Shown here piece by piece: positions 13,375 through 25,650 of a stretch of DNA of 64,000 bases; within the stretch, counting starts at the first letter, position 1, and each line of letters starts with the position of its first letter. This DNA is from Octopus vulgaris (Eukaryota). The stretch spans positions 49,972,001-50,036,000 of the forward strand of contig OX597830.1 of the NCBI GenBank assembly GCA_951406725.2, written 5' to 3'. The position numbers and the translations under genes are program-made. A model generated the notes under the pieces. That model saw only the letters and a list, made by a program, of their open reading frames with translations, did no database searches and was not told where the DNA came from.

Positions 13375-16300
13375 CATATATATATGTAATGTGTCCTATC
13401 CTTATAGATGGTAAGGTGTAACTTGAGGGATATTTGACCCCTGTTTCTAGTGGGCTATGACCATGTAAAGGGTTCTTCATTGATTATGGTTACTAAGATG
13501 GTATGAAGTGATTTCATGTTGAATGACAGCTTACTGAGATGGTTTGATATGATGTGATGCCATGATGTGTTTTTGATGGTGCAGTGTCATGATTCAGTTT
13601 GGTGGTTTGTTGTGATGTTGGTTCTAGCGTAAGGGTCTAGCTGTGTGTGAAAGGCTACATTGTAGAGGTTCTGCTAGAAACAATAGTGAAATAAAAAGTG
13701 TTGACATTTCTGTGTTTGGAGGGGGGGGGTCTAATATTAGGGACAGAGGTTAGGGGGAAGAAGACAAGCAAGCAATTAAGACAAAATGTGGAAATAAAAC
13801 AGCAGCTAATTATTGCCGTTGAGATTATGTATGTCAGCTAACGATACATCTAATTTAGAATCAAAGCATTTAGCAAATTAATTAAATAAACTTTTAGTTT
13901 TTCCGTTCTCTGTATCTCTCTCTTTTAATCAAATATTTCTGAAACTGCAAACAAAATTTAAAATGTTAAAACTTCTTTCTGTTTAAAAATTGAAAATTAA
14001 AAATAAGTTTATAATATAATAATGGTAAGAAATGGTAAAAAAATTGAAAATTGTGAGGCACACGAAATGTCCTTGACATTTTGTTTTGTCTTTTTTTTTT
14101 TCTTTCTTTCCGTGGCTTAGAATAAATATGATTGGAAGTATGCCACAAGCCAGGGTGGTGAACCACACTAATAATGAAGAAGGAATTCTTTTCTTTTCTT
14201 TTTTTGTTTGTTTCCATCTTCAAAACTTTATGTAGTTTTAGACAGCAAACTGTGAAAAATCCTGATTAATTCTCACAAATCTTAGATTTCATCATTTAAC
14301 AAAACAGGGTTTGGTAGGAGGGGTAAACCATGACAACTGCAGATATCTTAGTTTGGGATGAAACTCTGATAACTCTTCAAACAAAAGTGTCAAAATGATT
14401 TCAGTCCATTTAACTGTATCCGATTCTTGATACATATAAAATTAATTTACATGTTGAATTTGCAGCATAAGAGTTCAAATCCCAGGCTTTTAAACCTTAA
14501 CCTTGACAAAGCTGCTGACATACATTTAAATCCAATCATTTATATATATTTTCTATATTTTTAAACATTTTTACATGTCCATAGTTGGCATAGTTAAAAA
14601 AAAAACATTAAAAAAAATACTCAAATATGCTTTTGAGAATTTACATAGATGGTGATGTAATGTGCAAGAAAATTTTTGATGGAATGAAACTTGCTGCTTT
14701 GTTGCAGAAGAAAAATAAGCCCCTAGTGGTTAATGGTGAAGACCGTTAAAAAGGAAAGGGGTGGGTAATTTCAAGAAATTAAGAATTAATTTCCCAGCAA
14801 ATTTAATTTTCATGTGTGGTTAGGTGGGGAATTTGATCTTTGTTATCAGGCATGATGACAACTATGGACATGTTTCTGCCTTATTAAACCTCATCAGCAA
14901 AACAATCTTCTCAAGACTGATCAGTGGACAGAGATATTGTTTAAATGTAGAAAAAAAAGTGACAAAGAACTTTTGGCCAAAATAATTTGCATAATAACAA
15001 AAGTGAGCCAAGTAAGATAACTCAAGTGGGCCAAGGGCATGAATCCAGGTAGATGCTGATGTACTGAATGATGTACATATTTTTTTTTTTAATGAATTGA
15101 AATTCATCTCTTAATAAGAGACAAAACAAAAAAAAAAAAAGATCTCCACCTGGTGGCAATTGTTAGCAACTCTCAAAGGAAAGGGGGAGCTTATTTCAAT
15201 ATAGGAATTTAGCTTTGAATTGAGGGAGTGCAAAAAAAAAGTAGATGAATCTTGTTAATGAACTCTAAGGAAGACAAAGTTCTTTTTTTTTCTTTTTGAT
15301 TTCTTTTTTGTTTTCTGTTAAATAGTCCTTAATTAATCAGATTTACATGATGAAAAAAAAAAACAAAAAACATGAATAGTAAAATTATCAAGACAGATTT
15401 GTCTTCAAAGATTCCTTTTGAGAGATTCTTTGTCTGTGAGTAAAAATTGGTATCTGATCAGACAAATGGGTTTTCAGTCGCTACATAATTATTTTGATGA
15501 GGAACCAGTGGAGTCAGCTTTCTTTTGGTTCATTTTTTTATCTCAATCTTCACAACGGCAAGGAATTTAGTTCATAAACTTCAAAACCTGTAGAATGACC
15601 GGAAACAAATATAGCACAGCATACACGCATATATATATATACACAAATATGTATACATATTATATATATGTATGTATGTAAACAAATGTATGTAGATACT
15701 CTGATGGACTTCTAATATAAAATGGATGCAAGTGATATTGTTGACTTATTCACAAAGAATTGTGTTAATAGCACAAGAGTTCCTCTTGATGTAAGCAATT
15801 CCATATTTGTAGAAGAGATTTCTCTCAGAACAGCCCCTATGAAAATAAACCATATGGTTACCATGTCGTTAGTGTTTATCATCATCTTCATCAGTAGCTG
15901 ATGTTTTAATTCTGTTGTTTAGTTATCCACCGAGGAAGCAGCAGACAAGACAAGGCCTTATTAGATCAGTTATCATTCCAAGCATTGCCAAAACGGATTA
16001 GTCCAAAATGTTTAAGGGTGACCAAGTTGTATTGGAAATGGATGAAAACTTCAGGAAACATTACTTAACAAAAACTTGAGGAGGTGGGCATATGGTTATC
16101 AATTATGTGAAATTGGTAACGAAATGAAATTAGAAATGAGAGAAAAAAAAAATCTCATAATTCAGGCCAAGACACTTTCGAGTGTCCCAGCCCGAAGATA
16201 GGAAGGTGAGAAGTTCAAATCGTTGTTAGGAAAAATTGTCAAAGCTTTCAATTCTCACTTCAAATGTTGCATAAACCTGAATTAATGCAGATTAAATAAA

Positions 16301-16663
16301 TGATTATAGGATTACATTACAGGATATGAAAATATTTATATTCTATATGCATTTATGTGTGTGAGCTCTTGTATACAAAATGCTTTTTGTATATAAAATA
16401 TACATATATTTTGTATAGAAAATGCTTTTGTTTTGTATACATACACACATAATAAATTTAGAACGCATTTCTGAATATATATATATATATATATATATAC
16501 ATACACACAGGTCTGGATGTTAGCTTCAAACACTTTAACATTGGACAAATTAACTTATAAGATTCTATCTCACAAATTCTGGTTTTAATTAATATTTTAA
16601 TATGAATGTTCAAATTAAATCTATTTCTAGAAAACCACATACTCTCTCACTCATGTATGCATG

Positions 16664-16697
<34 letters not shown>

Positions 16698-16720
16698 TAT
16701 GTGTGTGTGTGTGTGTGTGT

Positions 16721-17018
16721 AGGTGCAATGGCCCAGTGGTTAGGGCAGCGGACTTGCAGTCGTAGGATCGTGGTTTCGGTTCCAGACCGGGCGTTGTGAG
16801 TGTTTATTGAGTGAAAACACTTAAAGCTCCATGAGGCTCCGGCAGGGGGTGGTGGCGATCCATGCTGTACTCTTTCACCACAACTTTCTCTCACTCTTTC
16901 TTCTGTTGGCCTGCCCGCTTAGCCAGCAGGGTGGCGTCATTTGAAGGCTAAAATAATGTGAAGCGCATTGTGACCAGCGATGTGTAGCAACATCTGATAG
17001 CCTGGTTGGTCACATGAT
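16721..17018 (+). mobile_element. tRNA-derived SINE family B (tail 1)
   Basis: tggcccagtggttagg A box, ggtttcggttcc B box; near-identical inverted copy at 62897-63203. Confidence 0.87.
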
Positions 17019-18098
17019 ATTTATATATATATGAATTTTCACATCTTTGCAACAGATGTCGCTTTCATGCAGAGTTGCTTTGATATAGAAGCCTTGCCTC
17101 TCAGGGTCGGCCCAGCACTTTAACCGTGTCTAGTCTCACCCTCACTCTATATGTAAAACACAGAGGCAGGCATGTTCATGAGGTTAAGCAGTTCGCTTCC
17201 CAAATACTTGGTTTGGGGTTAGGGTCCCTGTGAATAGCACCTTTTGTAATTGTCTTCCGCAATAATCTTGGCCAACCAAAGCCTTGTCTGTGAAACCTTA
17301 GAAAAGCCTGTGTATGAATGTGTATGTATGTATGTGTATATATGCATGTGTGTATGTGTGTGTATATGTATGTGTGTGTATGTATGCATTTGTATATGTA
17401 TGTGTATGTATGAATGTGTATATGTGTATGAATGTGTATATATGCATGTGTGTATATGAATGTGTATACATGTGTGTATATGTGTGCATGTGTGTGTGTA
17501 CATATGTATATGTGTGTATGCATGTGTATGTATGCTTATTTGTTTGTATGTGTGTGTGTGTGTGTGTGTGTTTACATTATCATTCTACAAAGGTCACATA
17601 CTACAAGTGTTGTTGTTGTTGTTGTTGTCGTCCCTTTTCTGTCCAGAAATCCCTTGCTTGATTTGCATCTTTAAAGACATCTTTCGAGACCCTTACTTGT
17701 AAAACAGATATGGGTCAGTAACAGACAAAGCTTCTGGCTATATAAAGCAATGCCTCACTAAAATATTTGTCTAACCCATGCTAGCTTGGTAAAATATAGA
17801 ACACACACACACTTTGAATAATATCCACCTAATTACAGTTTGTAGATTAAGATTTCATACTTTCTAAGATGTTTTACTTTTTAGACTTAAGAGAAACACC
17901 TTGCAATAATGGTAAGAATTTCGTCTAACTAAATAGAAACACTACGGCAATCTGTAGAAAGCTTAATGGAATTCTATATAAGATTTCAATGAATGTAAAA
18001 ACGAAAATAAGAATTTTGTGAGAGGAATTTCCAATTGTAACAACTTGGTTTTGATATACGTGTCATGACCCAAAGGTTTGGATAAAATGAAGTTTTGG

Positions 18099-18222
18099 TC
18101 AATGCTGGAGTACATCAAATTGATTTCCCTTTCGTGTGATTTTTAAGACCCCGGGTAACACTTCCTGTGGTACTCGTCGGAAGCAAACATCAACCTTTTT
18201 ACCATTTAGATCTGCTGAGAAT
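18099..18222 (-). CDS. MYO1B: Myosin I terminal coding exon (124 nt): (Q)FSADLNGKKVDVCF...ITRKGNQFDVLQH*
   Basis: ttccag acceptor after a T-rich tract, phase 2 match, TGA at 18099-18101; resembles the class I C-terminal beta region. Confidence 0.88.
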
Positions 18223-18459
18223 CTGGAATGGAAAAAAAATGAATAAAAAAATTATTTGAAAAATACAAATATGATTTTTTTTTTTTTTTTCAGAGTGAGT
18301 TTTCATATCATCAATACTCTGAGTTTCTCATTACTCTCAATTTGCACAAATATCAAGATGAAAACAGAAAATGTAAGATATTCAATCATTCATTCATGCA
18401 TGCCTACATACATACATGCACACACGCATATATATATATATATATACACATTCAAAATG

Positions 18460-18662
18460 TAACTGCGTGTGTATCGTTGGCGATTTTTTTTCCTCCGTCT
18501 TCCCTTCCTTGGATCTTTCATTTTCCTATATTTCTGACAAAGAGCTCTGCTCGAAACGTTAAGTCCTCCTTCTTTCTTTCCTTTCCTGAGTATCCAATAA
18601 CACTATACTTGTTCCACGTCCTCGCATTGTGGTGTTTTTTCTTTGTGTTTTCATGTTTGGAT

Positions 18663-18670
<8 letters not shown>
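18460..18670 (+). mobile_element. Short Penelope-type repeat with degenerate hammerhead-like motif
   Basis: CTGACAA-a-gagc-tct-gctc-GAAA-cg-TT at 18534-18560; 3' part matches 51918-51985 in reverse orientation; flanked by (TA)n. Confidence 0.55.
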
Positions 18671-18715
<45 letters not shown>

Positions 18716-18789
18716 TCCGAAATTTATAGTATTAATATATATATATATATATATATATATTTACTATCCAAACAGATAGCTTTTTTGAT

Positions 18790-18862
18790 TGCCTTGATAA
18801 CTGATGAGATGCCGGAGAAGTTTTCCGCCCTGACATCTGAAACTCGGAGTCTTATTATGGCA
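18790..18862 (+). ncRNA. Type I hammerhead ribozyme motif
   Basis: Stem I tgccttgataa/ttattatggca; CTGATGA 18801-18807; stem II gatg...catc; GAAA 18839-18842; near-palindromic stem III actc-g-gagt; GTC triplet 18849-18851. Confidence 0.72.
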
Positions 18863-18969
18863 ACCAAATAATTGTCACATTATATTACAGATAAATTTCT
18901 CTATTTACATAATATCGAGATCTCATTCATTCTTTTGTTGTCTTACCATTACTATTAATATATATATGT

Positions 18970-19184
18970 ATATATACCAAATATATACGTTTTTATTGTT
19001 ATTTTATTTTTAATATTTCTACTATATGTAATTTCCTAGATGGTGTAATTTAATTGTTCATTTTGAATTGATAAAAGGTGGTTTTTTTTCTAATTTTTAC
19101 ATATATATTATATTTTGTGAAATTTGATTTAGTATTTCTAAATTGAATTTTTCCCTGTAAGTTAGGAATAATATTCCCTCAAAC

Positions 19185-19185
<1 letters not shown>
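18970..19185. repeat. Single copy of the AT-rich interspersed repeat that forms the 34816-35232 foldback
   Basis: Shares ctagatggtgtaatttaattgttcattttgaattga and tttttccctgtaagttaggaat. Confidence 0.8.
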
Positions 19186-19221
<36 letters not shown>

Positions 19222-19254
19222 GTAGATAGATAGATGGGTGGATGGATGGGCATT

Positions 19255-19560
19255 AACCAGACTCGAAAGACCATGAGGATGCAGTATTTGCTGTGGCTGT
19301 GGAGGCCCAAATGGGAGCTGCAGTCTTGCATGCAGCAACTGCATCTGAAGAAGCTCTCCACTAGCACTACTGATTCCATCTTCCTTCCAGCATGTTCTTC
19401 TTTGGTGGAAAGTTCCAGTTTCTCTTCCCCTCACTCCTTCCCCCCACCACCCCTTGTGTTGTACTTGTATCCAGCATTGGCGATCATTTGCAACCTCCTC
19501 CCAGGACATCCAGATTGCTTGTACGAATGGGAGAGACAGAACTCCAAAAAGTAAACAGTG
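19255..19560 (-). mobile_element. RTE/BovB-like LINE 3' fragment
   Basis: WEEVANDR..W and FRCSCC..DC.S.LGLHSH...C C-terminal motif, frameshifted. Confidence 0.65.
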
Positions 19561-19734
19561 GATTACCACCCAGTCCTCTGAACCATCAGATTAGCAGAGA
19601 AGGCAGGCATTAAAAGACACCTATTTATTTATAGCCAAGAAAGTAATGAGTAACTCAAGGGGCCTACAGTTTCATGTCAGAGCCTTCAAAAAAGATCTCG
19701 TGGCTGCTGCCAGCCTCCCCTGCCACCTGTGCCA

Positions 19735-20142
19735 ACATAGTTGTCTGGTAATATCTGTTTTCCATGCTGGCATGGTTGGATGGCCTGACAGGAACTGGTA
19801 AGGCTGCACCAGGTACCACAGTCTGTTTTGGTTTAGTTTTTAGGGTCAGATGGTCTTCCCAGTGTCAACTACTTTACAGTGTGTGCTGGGTGCTTTTAAC
19901 ATGGTACCATCACCAGTCCTGCATGTGTGGCACCAGCACATTGCTTTTTACGTGGCACCATCACCAGTACTTTTTATGTGACACCAACACTATGAAGTGG
20001 TTGGCATTAGGAAGGGCATCCAGCTGTAGAAACACTGCCAGATCAGACTGGAGCCTGGTGCAGCCTCCTGGCTTCCCAGACCCCGGTCAAACCGCCCAAC
20101 TTGTGCTAGCATGGAAAACGGGTGTTAAACGATGATGATGAA
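19735..20142. mobile_element. Two RTE 3'-UTR fragments in opposite orientation (19735-19990 minus, 19992-20142 plus)
   Basis: Both match the 3' UTR of the RTE at 28402-29430; plus copy ends in (GAT)n. Confidence 0.8.
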
Positions 20143-20765
20143 GATGTTGCAAGGCTGACAGAGCAGTTGACTGATGCAGTTGCCAAATGTTATTCAAGAG
20201 ATCAGGAAAGAACACTTGAAGGAAATCTCAAGAGGGCAGAAAGATGACATTGTCAAAAATTTGGACCCAAATGGAAAGGAAGGGCACAATCAAAGGAAGA
20301 ATGTATGCATTGTGACTACAAAAGGACATTTGATATCCTGGTCAAAGAAAAAAAAATAGAGAAAAAATTCTCTTGAAAACAAAATATCTCCTTAGCTGTG
20401 AGTAAATTTAAACATTTGTTATCAAGTAATATTTTTAATACCTTATTTCAAAAGAAATTTTTCCTCTTTAGATTTTGATGAAATTTCAAATCTGAAAATT
20501 TGGTAAGTGTTCTGGCATGAAACTCTCATCTTCAGACTCTGAGCTAGCTTTTCATGTATAAATATTATTGTTTGTTCATACATTTACATCCACTTTTCAA
20601 TGCTAGTATGACTTACACAGGATTTTACTGTGAGATGCTCTTTCCGTCTTGAAAGTGCAGATCAACTGTTTGTAATGTCAACAAAGAATGTCAACATCTA
20701 ACCAGCTTCAAGGAGGAGGAAGATAAGGAAGTAAAAAATGAAGGATAAGAGTGTGTGAACCTTAC

Positions 20766-20899
20766 TGGTTTGAGATGTGAACATCAGGTGGTTTGCCCGA
20801 AATATTCTGTATCAAAATGTAGGCCTTGGTGATAATTTCAAAGATATGTTCACCACAGAAGATGAAATCACCTTTCTTGCTCAGAATTCCACCATTTTC
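20766..20899 (-). CDS. MYO1B: Myosin I exon (134 nt): ENGGILSKKGDFIFCGEHIFEIITK...VHISN
   Basis: ttgcag acceptor, gtaagg donor; KGDF motif of TH1; phase 0 to 2. Confidence 0.93.
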
Positions 20900-21398
20900 C
20901 TGCAAAAAGCAATTAGCATTTAATCAATTCATTTACATAAGTGGTACCAACAGAATTAATCCAGTAATTTCTGAAAAGTATAAAAAGCTGGAAATTTACA
21001 GAGAAATTTTTTTGTGAAAAAATATTTATATTCTGAAGAAGTTGTATCTTGAAACAGAAGAATAGTTCACACAGATGGTACAAGTTTATGAGAGAACATC
21101 TTTGAAAAATATATATTCTGTATGCACATACTGGGAATCAAATGTGTAAATATCACTTAGCAATGAATAGAAAACTGTTTGGAGAGTGGTCTTTCTGCAA
21201 TTGTGTGTGTGTTTTATACAAACAAGTCAAAAATAAAAACAGGAAAAACAATAGAAGTCAGAAGGATGTACACATTGAACGTAATAGATTGATACTTTAA
21301 AATAAGATGGACTCTGGCGTTTTGAGCATGGCACCCACAGCAGGGTATTTGGTTGAGAGGACAGTCCCCCCCAAATCTAGTTGCCAGCTAGGGATTAA

Positions 21399-21616
21399 CC
21401 CTTTAGTATTCAGATTATTTTGTCAAGTGTCATGCTTATTTATTGATGATTTAAATAACTCATGCATTATCTTGTAGCTTTGAGATTTTGACGTTGTTAT
21501 TGTTTATTTTTAGCATGGCATTGTAGGATTAATGTAAGAGGCTGGATCCAGTCAGTTTGAATGTAAAACAGGTAGAATATTTTGGGCTGGATATGGCCGG
21601 TTTAAATGCCAAAAGG
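21399..21616. mobile_element. piggyBac-like MITE
   Basis: TTAA|CCCTTTAG...AAAAGG|TTAA; related copy in opposite orientation at 42547-42734. Confidence 0.75.
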
Positions 21617-21635
21617 TTAAAGAAGAGAAGAAGAA

Positions 21636-21890
21636 CATAGCTGTCTGGTAATATCTGTTTTCCATGCTGGCATGGTTGGATGGCCTGACAGGAACTGGTA
21701 AGGCTGCACCAGGTTCCACAGTCAGTTTTGGTTTAGTTTTTTATGGTTAGATGCTCTTCCCAATGCCAACCACTTTACGGTGTGGGCTGGGTGCTTTTAA
21801 CATGGCACCATCACCAATGTTGCATGTGTGGCACCAGCACCATTGCTTTTTACGTGGCACCAACACTAGTACTTTTCATGATGCCAGCAC
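21636..21890 (-). mobile_element. RTE 3'-UTR fragment, close duplicate of 19735-19990
   Basis: Shared start aacatagYtgtctggtaatatctgttttccatgctggcatggttggatggcctgacaggaactgg. Confidence 0.8.
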
Positions 21891-22334
21891 CCACAATAAT
21901 GCTCTTTTCCCTTTTAGTATGTGGCCTACCTGATGATAAACTGTATCTCACATGTGGTATGCTTCATGTAAAAGGTTACCCATGCCTGATTTAGACCAAG
22001 AAATTGATCAAAGAATAAAGGTAAACTTTCTCAAAGCAAATGGTGCTTCTAATGAGAAATATATATTCTACAAAAGTAATTCTTGTTCTTTGAAATTTGG
22101 CTCTGACAAATGGTAACAGAGAAGAGGAATGTTTATTTGAGGCTATATCTTTGTAATACAGATGCTATTTCTATGAGCTGGAAAGGTAAAAGGCAACCTC
22201 AGGATTTGAAACACAGTATGTAGGACATATCTGAATGCCATTAAGGTATTTTTCATTGATGCTCTACAATCTCTGCCACCATACCATATTGGTTTGTTTT
22301 CTAACAATAACAGGAAATACCCATAAAAGGGCAC

Positions 22335-22602
22335 CATTTGAGTGTGATTGTTACCAACGTTGCCTTACTGGCACTTGTGCTGGTGGCATTTGTAAAAAGA
22401 TTTGAGCGAGGTCATTGCCAGTACTGCCTGACTGGACCCCGTGCCGCTGGCACATAAAAAGCACCCACTACACTCTTGGAGTGGTTGGTGTTAGGAAGGG
22501 CATCCAGCTGTAGAAACTCTGCCAAATCAAGATTGGAGCCTGGTGTAGCCATCTGGTTTGCCAGCCCTCAGTCAAAATTGTCCAATCCATGCTAGCATGG
22601 AA
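22335..22602 (+). mobile_element. RTE 3'-UTR fragment
   Basis: ggttggtgttaggaagggcatccagctgtagaaac...atgctagcatgg. Confidence 0.8.
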
Positions 22603-22813
22603 CAATAACAACAAATACCCCTTATAAAGGCACAAGGCCATAGTTGGATAGCAAAAGGAACAGGAGATTGAGTGATTCTCATGCCTTGAAACAAGACATT
22701 CACTGATATGAGTGAATTTATTGTAACCTAAAGCTGAACGTGGTTTGTGCCTTTAGCTTGCCAGAACCTCACCTCTTGTTCAATGGTATTAATATTATGA
22801 ATGGTATTGAAGT

Positions 22814-23046
22814 CGGCAAGCTGGCAGAAACATTAGCAGGCTGGGCAAAACCCGTAGCCGTATTTCGTCCATCATTACGTTCTGAGTTCAAATTCCGCCA
22901 AGGTCAACTTTGCCTTTCATCTTTTCGGGGTCGATAAATTAAGTACCAGTTACGCACTGGGATCGATGTAATTGACTTAATCCGTTTGTCTGTCCTTGGT
23001 TGTGCTCTCTGTGTTTAGCCCCTTGTGGGTAGTAAAGAAATAGGTA
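22814..23046 (+). mobile_element. tRNA-derived SINE family D
   Basis: agctggcagaa A-box-like, gagttcaaattcc B box, central gcctttcatc...ggggtcgataaattaagtacc, tail ttagccccttgtggg. Confidence 0.85.
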
Positions 23047-23968
23047 TTAATACTATAAATGGTATTACAACATTGGCAATCACATAAGGTCATCACATGT
23101 ACGGATGGGTTAACACAGAATGATGAATATATATAGGTTTGACACATGTAAGAGCAACACACATTGGGTTAACAGATGGGACAATAGAAAGCTATTTCTG
23201 AATATTGGCAGGGTTAACAACAGGCTCATTGAAAGAAAGGGTTACCACACCACAAAAGTATATAACAGACACAGGTTGTAATAATAATAATAATAATGAT
23301 AATAATAATACCTGATAAACATCGGTAGGCTATAATAATAGTAAAATAGCAAAAGTAAAAATGTTGAAATTCACAGAAAGAATGGAATGGTCAAAAATTT
23401 GAAAATGTAATCTGTTCTCAGAATGGTTATTTTGAATAAGAAAGATTCTGTAAAAATAAAACGGATTTGTACTGACATGAGATTTTGTTTTGGGATTTGG
23501 TTTGCAAGATTCTTTATATGAGTTCGTGTGTTGAAACATATTCTGTTGTGTCTGGGGAGAGTCATTCTCTTTTTGTGCCTTATAATATAACACATTCACC
23601 GGTAAAATTTCCACTTTTTTCTTATTTTTATTTTCCTAAAATTTTCGTTGCGTCTTGCAAACTTTTTCAATAGTTTTGATGGTTTCCAGTTCTTACTAAA
23701 TTCTCTAAGTTTACCCCACTTTATTTCTCTCTTTTTTTTTTTTACTTACCTTTGTTGTCACTATCTTTTCCATACCATTCTCTCATACTCTATCATGCCA
23801 TCTCTCACTAAACCCATTTTCTGTATCATCTCTACTAGTCCCCTGCCCACCAATCTCCATTTTAATGCTAACCTTTAGAATCTGTCCCAGGTTGGTAAAC
23901 TCTCATTCCTCAATATAGGGATAAATATGCTACAGATATGCACACATACATAAAAATATATATATATA

Positions 23969-24368
23969 CTAGCAGTATCGCCCAGCATTGCTCGGGTTTG
24001 TAAGGGAAATAACTATATAAGCATTTTTAGAGATGTAAAGTATAATAGCCATCTCAATATGGCTAACCACAAAGGGTGGGTGGGTGTTACTGTAGCTTTT
24101 TACGTTCTGAGATTTAATAATAAATTTTTAGAGAGTTACTTCCCTTATATATGCCAAAAATGCATTAAAAATGGGAAAAATTGATGGTAATTTTTTTTTT
24201 AAATCGTAGACTCATCATAGACGTGCACTAATACACAGAAGGGCTCAATATGAATCACGACTATAAGATACCCGGTTTTGGTTAAACTGCACTGCAAAAT
24301 GTGGGAGTAGTTAGGAACCTAAATCGTAGGAGACAGACAGCACACAACCTCACTTTTATATATAAAGA
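23969..24368 (-). mobile_element. Non-autonomous Helitron
   Basis: On minus strand: A|TC 5' end (TCTTTATATATAAAAG), subterminal hairpin cccgagcaatgctggg, CTAG|T 3' end, no TSD. Confidence 0.82.
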
Positions 24369-24669
24369 TATATATATTAATGCTTCACTCAGGCATATAC
24401 TTTTTCTCTTTCTCCCCTGAGCTGTGCCCCACCTTTAATGTTAAGGTCACCTAACACATCTGAATGATCCTACTGAACCGGTGTCTCTCCAATGGCATCA
24501 GCATCACATGTACTTTCTATAGTCTGTTCCTTCCATACAGTCACACAATCATCAAATCCATTATAATACATAATTATATGGAGATTTGTAAACATATCAA
24601 ACCCTATGCTAATCAATCACTGCATCTGAAATGTGTCCATTTATCAACCCCCACCTCCATTGATTATAC

Positions 24670-24925
24670 CAGTGATCCCAACCAAGGTCCATATGATCCT
24701 CGCGGATCGGGGTGAGGTTAGGGGTCCATATAAAATTTTGTTGTTAAAATTTATCTGCATTGAATCGGTTGTACTTCTCCATTATACAAAATGCTTTAAC
24801 AATTTATTCTTACACTATTCCTAATAATATTTAATTACGAAAATATTTGAGAATTTTAAACATCGAATTGGGTACGAGGGTCCACCCACAGGTAAAAAAA
24901 AAAAAAAAAAGGTTGGAAAACACTT
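24670..24925. mobile_element. hAT-type MITE
   Basis: TIRs CAGTGATCCCAACC / GGTTGGAAAACACT; 8-bp TSD gattatac/gattatat. Confidence 0.72.
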
Positions 24926-25102
24926 GATTATATTATATTATATTATATTATACATAGTTTCAGTTTATACATGCGTCAAATATTTACCTCACAAAAGTTT
25001 GAGTTTGTAAACTCATCAAACCCACATTGATATGGAAACACAACTTTATGAGCAATACATAAAACAAAATTTAAAGTATAGGATAAAATGTAAATCTCAT
25101 AC

Positions 25103-25255
25103 CTTTTTTATATGGAAAACCATAAGCCTATCATTATAGGGGCTTGTTGAGATTTTGTCGATCTGTGCTAGAGGGATGCGGTACTTGAGTGTCATGGTCC
25201 GTTGGTCAATCGACAGGATGGCCTCAGTGCTCATTACAAACAACTGTTGCATCAT
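25103..25255 (-). CDS. MYO1B: Myosin I exon (153 nt): MMQQLFVMSTEAILSID...LMVFHIKK (TH1/PH)
   Basis: ttccag acceptor, gtatga donor; phase 0/0. Confidence 0.92.
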
Positions 25256-25372
25256 CTGGAAACAAACAAACACACAAATAATTTACTGGGGGAAATCCTT
25301 GGAGTAGTTCATCGACATTTGACCTGTGACCTCACTTCAGGGTCACTGAAATACAAAGGAGGACTCTAGAAA

Positions 25373-25650
25373 TCATCATCATCATCATCATCGTTTAACG
25401 TCCGCTTTCCGTGCTAGCATGGGTTGGATGGTTTGACTGAGGGCTCCGGTCTTGATCTGGCAGTGTTTCTACTGCTTGATGCCCTTCCTAACGCCAACCA
25501 CTCTGAGAGTGTAGTGGGTGCTTTTACATGCCACCAGCATGGGGACCAGTCAGGCAGCACTGGCAACAACCTCGCTCGAATCTTTTTACACATGCCAATG
25601 GCACAGGTGCCAGTAAGGTACAGGTGCTAGTAAGGCACAGGTGCCAGTGT
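25373..25650 (-). mobile_element. RTE 3'-UTR fragment
   Basis: (CAT)n-cgtttaacgtccgctttccgtgctagcatgggttgg. Confidence 0.8.

Noticed and set aside
16255-16276. Alternative last coding exon (QFMQHLK*) via the acceptor near 16277
   Set aside because: Phase-compatible, but too short and featureless to support without transcripts.
16721-16795. tRNA gene candidates (also 12946, 55057, 63130)
   Set aside because: A/B boxes are present, but they are SINE heads continuing into repeat bodies and lack a complete cloverleaf.
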